DNA of 64,000 bases, counting the filler, from Gonapodya sp. JEL0774 (taxonomy: Eukaryota), in assembly GCA_027604505.1 (NCBI GenBank). It is 19 parts of 19 records of this genome, joined end to end, with 100 filler letters (N's around TTAATTAATTAA, not from the genome) between each part and the next. Parts side by side here need not be neighbours in the genome. Positions count along the whole stretch, not along the records: positions 47,460 to 50,725 come from JADIIX010001368.1; positions 50,826 to 54,087 come from JADIIX010001369.1; positions 54,188 to 57,448 come from JADIIX010001370.1; positions 57,549 to 60,808 come from JADIIX010001371.1; positions 60,909 to 64,000 come from JADIIX010001476.1; 14 more parts are not named here. One strand, 5' to 3'. Numbering within the stretch: position 1 is the first letter of the stretch; each line of letters starts with the position of its first letter. The translations under genes and the position numbers were made by a program. Of the stretch, positions 47,360-62,864 are shown in pieces. The notes beneath the pieces were generated by a model. The model saw only the letters and a list, made by a program, of their open reading frames with translations. It was not told where the DNA came from and searched no databases.

Positions 47360-47459
47360 NNNNNNNNNNNNNNNNNNNNNNNNNNNNNNNNNNNNNNNNN
47401 NNNTTAATTAATTAANNNNNNNNNNNNNNNNNNNNNNNNNNNNNNNNNNNNNNNNNNNN

Positions 47460-49330
47460 AAAAGTTTCGCTATATAGCGTTCACAGTGAAAAAAGGCGAA
47501 GTTTCAGAGTTGGGTAATCATCCCATCAAGGCTCTTCCAGCCACCTACCAGTTGCATCACCCTTCCGAGACAATACACCTGCAGCACCATGGCGAAAGAT
47601 GCGAATCCGAGTGGTACTGTTATTTGCTTGTCGAGAGGCCACGCGATAGGGTCGAAAAATTCGTCGATGGTGGGTGTCTGTGTGAGCTCTGGCAAAGCAG
47701 TCAGGGCGATTTCGGTGTCCGTGTCAGCGCTCCAGACCGACTCCGCAAGAGGCCTGAGAAAACAATCGAGGGGTCGCGGGGAAAAAATAGTGGAGCTTCA
47801 GGGGACCAAAACACCAAGGAAATCACAACATTCATCAAACACTCACAGCGGCATACTGCGCACCGCCTCCAGTTCCGACCCATCGGTCGTTCCACCCTTT
47901 GCCCTCGAGGCGAGCGTATGATCCAGCCAATTCGCGAACCAATTTGTGCGCCTGAACTCCTCTTGTGTCAACCAGTTGTGCGATCCATTGAAGCGCGTCA
48001 AGGCATCCCGGTTGGAGTGATCCAGTTCGAGGAACATAACTTTCAAGCTTGCAACACTCTCCTTGAGGGCGATCATGGTGGATTGCCGCGGCGGCGCATT
48101 CATGGCGGCGATAGCGATATGTAACAGTGTCTGTGCTGTCTGCATTGAAGGACGCTGTGAGACGAGTGTTGGAAAGAGTGCGGAGGTATACAAGGAGAGT
48201 GTTTTCTGGAGAGATTTCCCGACTGCTGGGGATTCATGGAAGTTGCAGGCGACGGACATCATGCTGCGCGGTATATTGTAGCCTTGTGAATGTTCTCTTA
48301 AAAATGAGAAAACCGAACAAAATGAACATACCTCAAAACCAGACCGTAGTCTGAAGATTTGCTGGACGCCAAAAATCTTCGTGGGTGCATAAAAAAGAAC
48401 TTATGGGCAGCGCGGGTGAAGTAGAGTTGCAGGAGAGCGTTGCAATCGGCAACATCCGGAAGGGGAGGGAGTCCATCAAAGACAGAAACTTCCATCAAAT
48501 GGGGTGACTGTTGGGGTGACTCATACGCGGGAATAATATCGTCGCAATATAGTGCGTCCGTCCCTGACGCTTGTGAGGCATCTGTGTCAGACCAGTCTGA
48601 CGTGCTGTCCCACCTCCTGCGTTGGACTGCATGTCCTACTCCGGGAGATGTATATGACACAACAAAGGAGTATGGAACGCCAGAAGAGTCCATTGATGCG
48701 TTTAATATCAATTCAGGGGAGTCGCCCACGTGAGCCGTCTGGGTTTCCAGTTCAAGCAGTTCAAGCACATCATTGGTCGGTTGGAACCTCGACACCTGCA
48801 CCGGGGCCGTGCTCAATCGGCCATTCTCCTCAGATGCGCCTGTCGAAAAACTTTCAAGCGATAACCCTCGAAAGTAATCGGTGACGGCGGCCGGTTCGTT
48901 GCTTCTGTGTGTAGACTCCACTGTGAAATCCTCCGCAGCCGGATCAGATTCGGGCATCTTCTGCGACCCTTTCGTGGGAGCATCAAGAAGCTCCTCCAGT
49001 AACCGTATGCGATCGGTCATTCTTCATTGGGGAGAAGCGGCGAGATGTAAGACCCAATCTTTGACAATGCCAGTGTATGTACCAGTGTACGTGGTAGGCG
49101 ACGAGAACCATCCCCTGCCGGAGGACCTACCTTCCTGGTCGCTTGAAGAGAGCCTTTTTCCTCTTCTCCGCTCGCTTCTGCGGAATTGCAGAATGTTTAG
49201 ATGACATTTCGATCTCGGCAAAGTTTAGCAGTTTTGGTGATTCTGCGTGCACCTGGTGGAGTGTCCTTGTGGGTACGGTCCGTTTGATTATAATTACCCG
49301 AGCACAGGGCTTGCGCTGGCCTGCATCGCT
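47460..49330 (-). CDS. Probable fungal Zn2Cys6-type transcription factor (middle homology region); boundaries approximate
   Basis: DAGQRKPCAR fragment, dimerisation-like DRIRLLEELL and LLQLYFTRAAHKFFFMHPRRFL. Full Cys6 cluster not reconstructed. Confidence 0.5.
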
Positions 49331-49764
49331 GGCTAAAATACCCACAACCACGTATTATCGTCTTTGTCGTGCGAGCGAGTGGGATGCTGGGGCAGATATC
49401 CCTCGCCGAACGCTCAAGCATTTTCCTTTACATTGCGTGACCGTGGACCTTGAGTGTGTCTGACTGGCCCTCTACTATATTACTCCCTGAATTGGATTTC
49501 TCTTTCTGGAGAAGTACCCAAATTTTCTTCGTCTTTCTTCCCTTCCCATTATTTGAGGAAAATGAGGAGTCCTCTCTGTCGGAGACTCTGGAAGAGCTTC
49601 AATCGAATTGCTTTTATGGGCTGCTCAAGTTCTTTTTAATTGGCGGTTCCAATAGAGATCGCATGAAAGTGGCGCAGCCATGGGCCGGCCCTCCCCCCTT
49701 CCAGTGCAAGCAATCAACTCTTTTACTCGATTCTGCGCATCACTGATCCGATACTTTCTCAAAA

Positions 49765-50352
49765 ATGTCTGTGCCAGCCGCTGATACTGGCTCACCAGAT
49801 CAGCTCACGAAGCATGAGGAAGAAGAAGCAAAGGGGCATTATCCGAGAAGAGCATCAATGAGTGGACCCAGCAGTGAGTTTCATGTTCGACAGGGATCCA
49901 TATCGGACATTGGAAAGCAACTACTGCAAAACGTTGATGTCTGTGGGGAGTGTACGGCTTGATTTCTGTGTTCTCAACATGTGATTCCTGAATATTTATC
50001 GTCCCGGACTGATTCTGTCCCGAGGGATGACGAACTCTATTACGGAAAATATTTTCACAAGACACAAAAGCTGTAATGATAGGGTCCGAAGTTTCTTGCT
50101 GTATGCGTCGCCCTTATTCGGGCGGACTAGTTGACTTTTCAATGGACCGCAATATCACTAATGTGGGTTTCATCCACTGCACAAATGGATCTCTCTCCAT
50201 ACCATTACAAAGGTCTTGTTGATATCGCCAAAGTAGCGGTCGGAAATCTGTTGAAGCAGGCGAAAGACATTGTCGGCATCCAAGAGGACGAGGAGGAAGA
50301 AGAAGAGGACAAAGAGGAAGAAAAGAAGGATTCGTCGAAGCCTGCTGCTTGA
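49765..50352 (+). CDS. Small hypothetical multi-exon protein
   Basis: ATG in AAAATG context, GT-AG boundaries and acidic tail EDEEEEEEDKEEEKK. Confidence 0.35.
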
Positions 50353-52201
50353 TTGAAGATGATGCACTGAGGGCTTGGGGCTCTTGAGGAGTGTGAGATG
50401 TCATGGAGGGTGTATTGCGCACAGCAATCTGTCAGGTCGAAGATTTCAATGGGGTCGTATATCAGCAACGAAGAGTGTGATTCACAGTAATGTAGAGATT
50501 TTGATTGATCATCAATAATCTGATTGTGTTGTTCAGACGATTTACATTTCTTTTGAGTTGCTCCCCTGGTGTGAATGCCGGCATTCACTTGTCACCTTTT
50601 GGTGTGATCTGCGAGAGTCGACCGCTAGAGGGGCCTCGGAATCTGTACAAGTGAATGCCGAGAAAATGAGCAGGGAGTCGTTACAAGACGGATGTTATTT
50701 GATGTGGTGTACTCCTTGTCACGTANNNNNNNNNNNNNNNNNNNNNNNNNNNNNNNNNNNNNNNNNNNNTTAATTAATTAANNNNNNNNNNNNNNNNNNN
50801 NNNNNNNNNNNNNNNNNNNNNNNNNGACATGTTCACAAGAACAGTAGAATTGCATTCTTTTAACGAAAATCGCAAAGAAGCCGACATGACCCCGAATGAC
50901 GTACTGGAGACAGAAGAGGATACTGACTGCATTGTCAATTTCAGACGCATCAATCAAACCAGCGGAGATGTTGTTCGTAGATCCGCAAAAATCATCTACC
51001 AAAGGGCTGATATCTTGCGAGATAAGCAGAAAAGAAACCCCGAAGCTCGTTACTGGATGAATCACGAGCCATGTTCTTAGCATTGTGATCTGCGCGTCAC
51101 GCACCGCATGAGGAATTGGAGGAGCGAACTGGAAACTTGCCTGCCGCTGGCCCTTCGTCCAAAAGTCGTAGATTCCGCTCGAGTCGATCCACCCTCAATC
51201 TTAATCTCCGGAGGTCTTCTCGTTGGTATACGCGACAAACATGTACGTGATACGTAGCATAAACGTGATGTGCAGTCAGGAAAGCATTATCTGGTTACTC
51301 ACTTTTCATATCCTTTTGTGATGACTTCCATCTCTTCTCCAGTGTCGTGAATATGACGGACGAAGCCGAAAACACCATGATGGTGAATGGAACGAAGAGT
51401 GACGTAACACGCGCGACGAGTCCCATTTGGCGTATTGAGAACAGACACGACCTTCGATATCATAAAAGAATAAGCACAAGTCGCTGTCCCAAGTCGAAGA
51501 GACTCGAGATCCAATGGACAGGTGGAACAAGAGTTTGGACGGCGATGACGTCACCATCTGCGGTCTCATCCACAACTCGACCATATTCAATAATTTTTTT
51601 TTCTCAAATAGCGTAGAAAAGCGATTGTCTGTACATCTATAATGCTTCAACGCGGTCACGATTTCTATATCTTGTTCTAAACCCCACAACTATTTACTAC
51701 AGTTCCAATCCGAACTTCCAGGTGTGGGTACAGAACAACAGTGTGCAACCGCAAAGACGAAGACAACTACTTTCTACACGTCTCTCAAAGGAAATGAAAA
51801 AAGGGAATGAATGTCCACAAAGTGTCAGTGCCTAGACGAAGACGAGTTTATACAGTGGGTGTTGGTTCGAGAGACGATTCAATGTTCAGCGCGCAGCAGA
51901 TAATGAGCTGCACAAGACTCCACTTCGGGCACCAGGTCCGAAAGAGTCCAACGTCTACGAGACGTCACAATGCAGCACGCCGAGGTATAGCAAAATGTCC
52001 CAATCGTCTCCAAAACTTGAGTCGTCGAAGTATACAACCCGTCCTTATGTACTTGCCCAGGCATCAACCATGTAAACCTCCAGTAAGAAATATTCCTCAC
52101 AATCCACCTGCACCTTCAATCTCGTGCGCCGCCCTATCCATCACAGTCGCGTCAAAGAAACCATCCAACCCTCACAGAGCAGCGCACGTCGATTCGATCC
52201 C

Positions 52202-53992
<1,791 letters not shown>

Positions 53993-54904
53993 TCTTAGTG
54001 TGAATTATAGGAAGAACAGGGAGAAAGTGGGATGATGTAAGCTCAGTCAAAGGATTCAGATGGAGCAGAACAAAAGTAACATGTATGNNNNNNNNNNNNN
54101 NNNNNNNNNNNNNNNNNNNNNNNNNNNNNNNTTAATTAATTAANNNNNNNNNNNNNNNNNNNNNNNNNNNNNNNNNNNNNNNNNNNNGTCCAGGTTTGGC
54201 GCCACACCGATATCGAGCTCCGAGATAACCCTATAATTTGTATTGGCTACAATAGCTATCCCGGCCCATTGTGTATGTGTCGGAATGCATGCTCAACGTT
54301 GGTAGAATGGGAATACGTGCGATTGCCTTGCTGTTGAGGGGCATATTAACAGTGTCGGGCGCTGGTTCAGAGTTCGGGGTTCGGACGTAGGATTGTCGGT
54401 TTCACCATTATAGAAATCTTATCTTGTAATGTTCTTTCCAAATACAAAGTAGTTTCTCTCGCTTTATATAAGGACTACTCGCCCTAAAGTACTGCGCACG
54501 ACTGCGCACTAGATGAGCTGCGCATGCTGCGCACTCAGCCGCTATGTTGGATTGGGCACCGACCGCATGAGTGCTCCGAGTCGCAGTGCTGCGACATGCA
54601 ACAGGGCAAAGCATTCATTTGGTGCCGTCGAGTTTTGCCGGACAATATATTACATACGGAGTCACCATGCACGGAAAGTGACCGCCCAACACCACTAGGG
54701 TCACCGCGGTTTGTCAGTACTCTGCTGCACTGAATTTTCGAAAGGGAATCGACTCGGAGTGATCCTAGCTGTAGAATCATCTCAACCCCACATGCAGCAA
54801 GCGCAATTACGAGGAAGAAAAATGCATGTTATTGAAATAATGATAAGAAAACATTCATTCAAAGTGGTATCTGGGTATCTAGTATTGTCCAATTCCGTGC
54901 AGCT

Positions 54905-55550
54905 CTACCTCTGACTCCCAACGCTTGCTCCTCCCATAATCACCACCCCGGTCACCTTGATGGATGAATTGTCAGGCTGCGGTGGATACTCTGGTTGTGG
55001 TACGAAGTTAACGCCATCCCCCGTCGAGACAACAGCACAGGCTCCCATCGGGTTCGTGATCTGTTGGCGATCGTCAACGAAGCCACCCATGATGGCAGCA
55101 CCGGACACTTCGACGGGCATGTTCGGAGGTGCAAGAATGTGAACGCCACCCCTAGGATAAAAAATGAGAAACGTAGCACAAATCAGCGATACGAGTATCG
55201 CAAATTGAACAGTCATCATCCACCCGAAAACCCAACACTTACATCAGCGAATAGCACTCAATCTTGGTGACTACGCCAGGCTGGAGAATTCCGCCTCTCA
55301 AGTCGATTTCCACTCCCCCCATCAGGGACCATGCGACGATGTGCTTGGGTATCACGCGTCCGGCGAACTTTTGCACTGTGCCACCCATGATCGCGAAATA
55401 CGATTTCTCATCCGTGTGGAGCGGTGTGAAACCGGATGGTGGGAATGATGATGGAGGACCAGTCAGTGGAAATTGCGGGTAGGCAGGAAGGGGGTCGCTC
55501 GATGGGATCGGGGCGAGTCCAGCTTCAACGGCTTTGGAAGATTCGAGCAT
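54905..55550 (-). CDS. LiaF/DUF2154-like beta-repeat protein, two exons
   Basis: Five (I/L)MGG repeats: FAIMGG, SLMGGVEIDLR, SLM/GGVHILAPPNMPVEVSGAAIMGG and VTGVVIMGG. Intron at about 55250-55152. Confidence 0.7.
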
Positions 55551-57548
55551 TGAAACGATTGATACGAGATGTGAGATTTGATGAGAATGAGAAACATTGA
55601 TTTCTGCTTGCTTTTATATGCGAAAGGCGAACTAAGTTTGCCTTGGATCCCGCTTGCGATTGTGAGGCTCCAGGGCTCCGCGGACACCACGCAAGTTGAG
55701 TACCGGAGTATATTTTGTACGGTATAATACGCAATGCTCAGGGCAGAGTTCTCATTATTACAAGATTCCAAAGAGCGTCATCGATTGTTCTCTCAGAGGG
55801 CTTGCGTTCGCCGTTTGTGTGTTCCCCGACTGTTGCGACACGAATTACAATCAATGATTCCGGCAATCGCATCCGCATCATGCCGCCTCTTTATATGTCG
55901 TCCAAGGTCAAACTTCCTCGTGTAGCTCATCCCACAAGCCGGCCGGCCACACGAAGGGCATGTGAATGTGCACGGGAACCGGCGAGAAGGTCCAGAGCTA
56001 TGAACCGCTGGCTTCCTGTTGTTGGTTGTCGAGGATTTGGAACGGGTGGCGATTTTGGGGGGCTGAGAGGATGTCTGAGGCGTAGAAGCAGCAGGTATCG
56101 GTACCGTCGAGGGTGGACGTTGCAAGGTCCGAGTAGAGAGAGGGGGGCTTGCCCGATTGGAGATTTCAATAGGATAGCTGATAAGTGCTCTAGCTTCGCG
56201 CCAGCTGCCGGCTCGACCTCTGATATCCTCGCAATAAAATGGTGCACGACGTCAGAAATGTGGACATCAAAACAAAAGAATACGGTTTGGAAAGGAAACA
56301 GTATCTCACCTCTGATATCGTACTTGAGGTTTCATAGGCGATCTTTCGAGTACTAACCTCGGCATTGAAGCTCTCCAGGAGTTCATTCAGTGTTCGGGAC
56401 AACATGTCAACTTTCCCCCTTTTAGAACCGAGCAACACAGTGCGACTAAACCTCACCTTGTGAATCGAGGATTTGGAGGCGCCGGTGAAATGACGATTAC
56501 AGAAGTCTTGTATCTGTCCCGAAGAAGATTGAAAGCAGTTGTCATAAAGTCGGGCGATGAGCGAACGTCGGTGACTCCTCTTCACACGTACCGGGTGCAC
56601 CTTCGGACGATCACAGTTCTTGCTGGCCGAGATACTGTCAGAGAGGGTAGATAGTCCAGCTCTCTGGACACGTATGATTGTGAGCCGCTGCCTCTGATGC
56701 TCAGTAACACGACCGAAAGAACCTACATGGTGGACTCTTCCGAGATGCTCCCACAATCCAGCTCAGAGTCACTGAATTCATAGTCTAAATACTCTTCATC
56801 ATCACTGGATAGTTCGGTTGTGTGCGTATGACAGTAAGGTGGAAGATTGGCCGAGACTGAAAGTCGCCCATGATCTGGAGACGCCGACAGTGACTGGACC
56901 TGAACAAAGGAGCGCTAAATTGAGTGCAAAAGAGCACCGCCATAAATCATTTGGCTTACTTGAGATATACTTGGGACCACGTAATCCGTATCAGATGCTT
57001 CGAGATTGACACCCACGGGAGAACGTCATGACGCGTCGGAGCATATGCAGGGACGGAGAATGAGTGAGAGTGATGATTCCTGCAACAAAGTGACACTTAC
57101 CTTCCTCTGTGCCCGTATCTTGGTCTGAGGAAGTCAGGCGTCTTGCATTGACGTTGACGGTCCGATTAGTCCGAACGAACGTCCTCCCTTCACGAGATGG
57201 TGAGGCTTGCCGCCATCACGGAGATCATAAAAAACGCCTATTCCGTACCATGATCGTCGCCTTGATGCATGATGTCTTGAATCATCCATTGGTTCGTCCT
57301 CTGCGTAAGTATGTACATGTGTGATCTTCAAATTCCCCTTTCACAGAACGCTATACGCTAGCTCACCGTGAAGGAAGGTGGATCATGAAAATGTCTCTCT
57401 TCGAACAGATTGGCGTTCTTCTCCCTCTGCTAAGTGTGAATGAGGAGGNNNNNNNNNNNNNNNNNNNNNNNNNNNNNNNNNNNNNNNNNNNNTTAATTAA
57501 TTAANNNNNNNNNNNNNNNNNNNNNNNNNNNNNNNNNNNNNNNNNNNN

Positions 57549-58620
57549 ACAAGAATCCCACTCGAAAAGACTCCAACTCTACTCATGACACCAGAGGTGA
57601 AAAGCGTATCAAAATCAAACTCCGCGACAGCGATAACTAAAAGAATCGTCCGCATTGTAAAAAAGGTAAGGTCCAAGTGAATCCGAAAGTGTCCAGGGCC
57701 GCCCAGTACCGTACAGCCAACGCTCTTCCGCAAAATTCATTGGGTGTAGCCAAAATCATTCTCTGAAAGTCCGAGACACCTGGCTCCGATGGACCGACAG
57801 CAACCAACCATTGCCGTTCTATCCCTCAAAACGTGCTCCACTGCCAATCTGTGGGCACACTCATGATTGGCATCGTGGTATCACCTACTCAGTGGGGTGT
57901 TAAGAGAGCGAAGACGAGGCGCGTAGTTCAAAAATGTGAATCGATGTGAGTTTATGAACAACACGAGACCCCACTCCTTGGGACCTACCTCCTGTACCAC
58001 TACGGTGTATCGCAACTGCCTTGGCAGTAAGAGTGGACTTTAGAGCCTCTTGGGGAATGGGTGGTTCTACCAGTGCCGGTGGAGTGTTACAGTTTGAGAT
58101 GACGTACCGGTCTCCCGGGCTGGTCTTACCTTCTTCCTCCCCATCCGCTCCAGCTAAATCATCGTTATCTTTGAATTCGGGCTTCTGCAAAGGTACGAGG
58201 AGTTTCTCAAAGTCGGAGTAACAACGGTCGCATACTCGGCAAGGTACACCTGGAGATGACGTAGATTAGGGAAGGTGGAGGTGGTCAGGTGCATCCTCTC
58301 CAAAAAGCGATACGCTAATGGGTAATACCTCGTAGATTAAAATTGCTGAGAATATGCCATACGGTGAGAGGGTGAGAGGGAGCGTCCAAGCGAACAGTGT
58401 AGCATGAAGGACAGCGTTTACCAATAAGCAGGTGAAGACAAGTAAGTCACCTGTTTTGATCAAGCCGTGCCTGTTGCGACGAATGCTCGCTGCAGAATAT
58501 GTTACCACATCTTGGTGGTTAGTTCCATCAGTTTCCCGTCACACATGATGTAAGTGAGCAGGAAATACAGCAGAGTAAGTTCCAACAAGCCATTGAACAA
58601 CTTTGCTCCACTCCGTGCTC
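57549..58620 (-). CDS. Hypothetical membrane protein, structure unresolved
   Basis: Hydrophobic segments (LLVFTCLLVNAVLHATLFAW; YGIFSAILIYEVLPI; ILLVIAVAE) separated by intron-like breaks. Confidence 0.3.
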
Positions 58621-59469
58621 ACCTCCGACAATGATGCCTTCGATTGAACAACCCGAACACCGTCTCACATCCCAATGCCTGGCAGGTGTCGACCTCTTCG
58701 TCCGGCGTCCAGTGAACCCTACTAGGAGGACCGGTAACGAAGGAAACAAGGTTTGTGACGTCTCCAGCGGGTGGTCGGGCGGAGGGAGGGCCGAGCGATG
58801 CGGCTGTGGAGGGACGAGTGGTGGTGGGACTCGATCGGTGCGATGCGGACGACGGGGGTCTGGTCGACATCGGTGGGAGGCCAAGCGAGTGATGCCAAAA
58901 ACGAAAGACGGGCCGTCTGCGTTTTGCCTGAGTGCGCTGGTCACTCTGAATGCGCACACGTTTTGCTCGTTTGAGGAGTTCGCGAGCTCAGTCTGCCTTG
59001 CGGCTAAATTCGCAGAGTGATTTGCCGGTGTTCATGAAAAACAAAATTCGCATGCAAAATCTAGATGCCATGTTATGAGCCCGCGCTGGCGAACTGAGTT
59101 CACAATCCCGGATGGCCGAGGTACTGCCGGAAGTGACTACTCGATACAAACCATCAGTCGGCTTTGCTCCACAAACCTTTCTGATGTTGTATGTTTGCTG
59201 GGAAGCTGCCATACTCTCCGAGTTACAAGCACTCACTGTAGCACAATAGGACAGAATTCATCACTTGATTGCAGAGTGCAAACTGCAGGACCAATCTCCT
59301 CGAGAATACAGAGCGGCATGGCGAATGTTAGAAACGTACCTCAAAAGATTTCGAGTCAGACAAGTCCGTGCAATACAGGAAGTACAATGAATTATGGACC
59401 ACTAAATTCCCACAGTGGTGTCGAGCAGATCAATCAAACAAAAGTGTACATATGATGCACCGTCTACCC

Positions 59470-60296
59470 TTAATTTTTCCATACTCTGGGCTTGAGTATC
59501 ACATTACTCCGCGCCTGCAAGGCAGCCCTGTGCACATTTGCCTTCTTTTCCAACGCCGAACTTGTACCCCCGATCACAGCAACGACCTCGTTCGCGAACC
59601 GAGCAGGGAACCCTCCCTTCTTCCTATCTGCCGCTTCCTTGATCCACAGTATCGCGGTACGCCGTCGCGCACGTTCATGAAGGGGCCAGGGTATCGACGT
59701 GCGAGTAGCTCCTCGGGTGGAAGTTTTGAGACGCACCAGGGGTGCGACCGAGTCGACAGCTCGGGTGAGGAATTGGACGGGGTCCTGGTTTGTGCGAGCA
59801 GCAATGAGGCGGAGAGAGTCGGAGACGAGGCGTTCGGCAAGGGACTTGCGACCGTGGCGCATGATGGTGGTGACGACGAGAGAGACGACCTTCAAATCGG
59901 AATATAGATTTGGAAGGGTAAGATGGCGCATGTGAGAGGAAAGTCCAAAGCACCAAGTCAATAAAAGCTTACAGGATCGCGCTTGAACACGTCTGGGGGA
60001 GTTATGGGAGCGATTGCAGATATAGAGGAGGGATTCGACGGAGGAATAGAAGTAGTGGGCTGCGCTGCTGACTTGGATGCGGGAGAAGAAGGAGCAGGAT
60101 GCAGAGAAGACATTTTTTCTGTCGACATGAAACGGACGAGTGCGAGCGGCGAGCGGCGGAGTGGAGATGCCATTTGTTCGGCTGACGATCGTGAGGGAAT
60201 CCGTCGCGACACATCCACGGGACACGCCGACTGCGCAAAAAATCGACACACTGGTGAGAGTGCTGATATTGACGGGAAACGCGGGATGCGGCGCAT
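59470..60296 (-). CDS. RSM7: Mitochondrial ribosomal protein uS7m, two exons
   Basis: Arg/Ser-rich presequence; spliced DP/VVSLVVTTIMRHGRKSLAE...AVDSVAPLV...PWPL..RRRTAILWI...ALEKKANVHRAALQAR. Confidence 0.88.
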
Positions 60297-62090
60297 CGTG
60301 AAAACGCAAATAATTCGAGAGAACGTTTCACGACAAAACGTGAAGGATTGCTGCGGCCATCTTCATGTGGGGATTGCTTGTGCCTTTTCAGAATGCGATG
60401 GCGATTTTCTCGCTGATAAACTTCGCTTTTGTGTCGCCGAAATAAAAGCGCCGTGTTTGCTCTACCGATGTGGATAACTAACTTAGTATGGCCAACATCT
60501 GCTAAGAACTTCGAGCCTCAGGCAGCCGAAACCCGACATGGTTGCAATATACAATGAGAGGATATACATGGCATCTTCATGAGTTGTGGAGATAAATGGT
60601 CTTGGAGACACGTGAGAAACGTCCTCCGGCCACGCTTCAGATCTCAACTATGGTGATCTAAATTGCTCAGCAGCGTACCACGCTAGAACTGTGAATGTTC
60701 ATACCAAATAGAACCTCCACTTCCATTGTCCTCCAATAGAATCGTTTTCCCGAACGGTGCGAGTCCAAAACTCAAATCCGCGAAAAACTTTTCAAACTCC
60801 GGAAATGCNNNNNNNNNNNNNNNNNNNNNNNNNNNNNNNNNNNNNNNNNNNNTTAATTAATTAANNNNNNNNNNNNNNNNNNNNNNNNNNNNNNNNNNNN
60901 NNNNNNNNGCACTCACAAACGTATTGCTGGGCTGGCAAGAGTGCATGAGAGTACAAGCAAGTTCTCGCAATAATATTGTGTTGTGATTTGTTTTTGGAGA
61001 CTTTGTGAGCGCCACATCACATCATTGTTGTTGAAAACAGCGCTGGCGATGAGGATCACATCCAACCACGCGGTGGCGCATTGTGGGGCAAGGCGAACAT
61101 ATGTAAGAAAACCACACTTCAAATTTGCTGTGGGTAGAGGTGATTATGCGATTATCCTACCATTGGGACACATCTATCACTGACACGCGCGAGACTGGAA
61201 GAAAGCGACGAAGTTTCTTTCAACTCATAAATTGATTTTAAGCCACGGGCTCTACGAATCCGCACAGCTTGCGCAGGTAAGTGGTGGCTGTCGGCAAGGA
61301 GGGCGGCTGATTTCCCGACCCGCTCGGGCATATGATCACGCGAGTCTTGCATCCCCGAGGGAGGTGAATATTATGCTAGGAACCAATTTTGAGTGTCCTT
61401 GCCTGTAAGGTCAGTATGCGTCCTGGAAATGGATGAACAACGCGAATTACAGGATGTGTTTGAAACGGGTTGAACTGGTGCAAACTCCCCTGTTGGGTGG
61501 GCTGTGCCTCAGAAAAGGTTCCAACCGGAATTAGTGTCACCGAATGGTGCAGCTCTAAACATTCCATTTTTACAGAGGTAAAGGGTAGTAGACTGGCGCG
61601 AAGCCCGAGCGGTCCGTTACTGACTGATCCTGCGACTCTCTGTTTCCTCTCCGCTCTCGAATCAAAACCCGACCTGCAGCGGCATGCGAAACATTCCGCG
61701 ATTGGAACACCTGTAGTTGAGGATGGACAGCACAATCCGTAATCTCAGGACTTCTTGTGGTGACATTCTGTGTTTAGTATCGAGTTAACTTTGCTCCAGT
61801 GTTGTGATACGCGTTTGGATCCTGAAGGAGGCACTCCGGGCTCCGTGGTCACCGGCAGCCCTTTCCCTTTGCTTGTCCCCAGTGCAGAACTCACACCTCC
61901 TCCGCCGCCGCCTCCATCGGATCGCAGCTGCTTCAATCTTTCCTGCTGATCCCTCAACCCCCAAAGCGGCTCCGGCCTGCTTCTCGCTGTCATCCTCCTC
62001 CTGTCCCCCGGCCTCCCATTCCACCACCCCACTACCGCCCCCTCAAACCGCCACCTCATTCCCGAGTTCATCGGCGAAAAACTCTCAGCC

Positions 62091-62850
62091 ATGACATCTC
62101 AACCACCGGTAACTCCCAGTAACACCGAGGCAGCGCTTCGAACTTTGCACGGTGGCCAACCTCCTCTCAATGCACCTCAAAGAGGTGGGTCGGCTCCATC
62201 CCAGCCAAGCCTTCCTTTGGCACCTCCGTCACCAGCTCTACCGAGCTCTTCAAATGGTACTCAAGCGGTCTCGTCTCACGTACCGCCCGGTCAAACTAAT
62301 CCGGAGTGGTCGCGTGGACTGCCGCGTGTCCTTTTTGGGACAGACGGCTCGTCACCTCCGAATCCCGGACCCGCCGCACCGGACCAGCCAACGATAGGTG
62401 AACATCCAGAACTGAACATTCCTGCTGCTGGATCGCAAAGTGTACCGACGATTTTGACGAATTGGCCGTGTTTGGGGCCCATGGATGACCTGTGACTGAC
62501 TCTATATTTTTCTGGACGATAGGGGAGAACAGAACATTTATTTACTCATAGAACTCTTTAGATTACCCAATCCTTTTGGACGGCTCGTGTATTGAACTTG
62601 TTCTTTATGTTTGAACGCAGGAATGATGATTTGCAGTTATGAGAATACAGTGTACGGTGAGATGTCACTCGCATCAATATTACGGGGAGTCCGACTTATC
62701 CGTTTGAGCGCCGATTTGCGGCTCGTGCTTGCATCTCCATCTGAGACGTCCTATGGGATGTGCGAACGACAGCAACGAAGAAGGATCGATAGCCGCACAG
62801 GAGGCGGCTGGTGGATTTGCAAGTCTTTCTTGTACATGCTTCACTAAGCT
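62091..62850 (+). CDS. Hypothetical Pro-rich protein, exon structure unresolved
   Basis: GCCATG start, 134-codon Pro/Ser-rich first frame, downstream exon-like pieces. Confidence 0.3.
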
Positions 62851-62864
62851 CGGAGCACTTAGAT

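Noticed and set aside
55715..57448. Several mid-size ORFs (also 26248-27092 and 50826-51700)
   Set aside because: May contain real exons, but no motif or consistent gene model could be supported.
59470..60309. Bacterial rpsG contamination
   Set aside because: Has an intron and a presequence and lacks rpsL/fusA neighbours; it is a nuclear-encoded mitochondrial S7.
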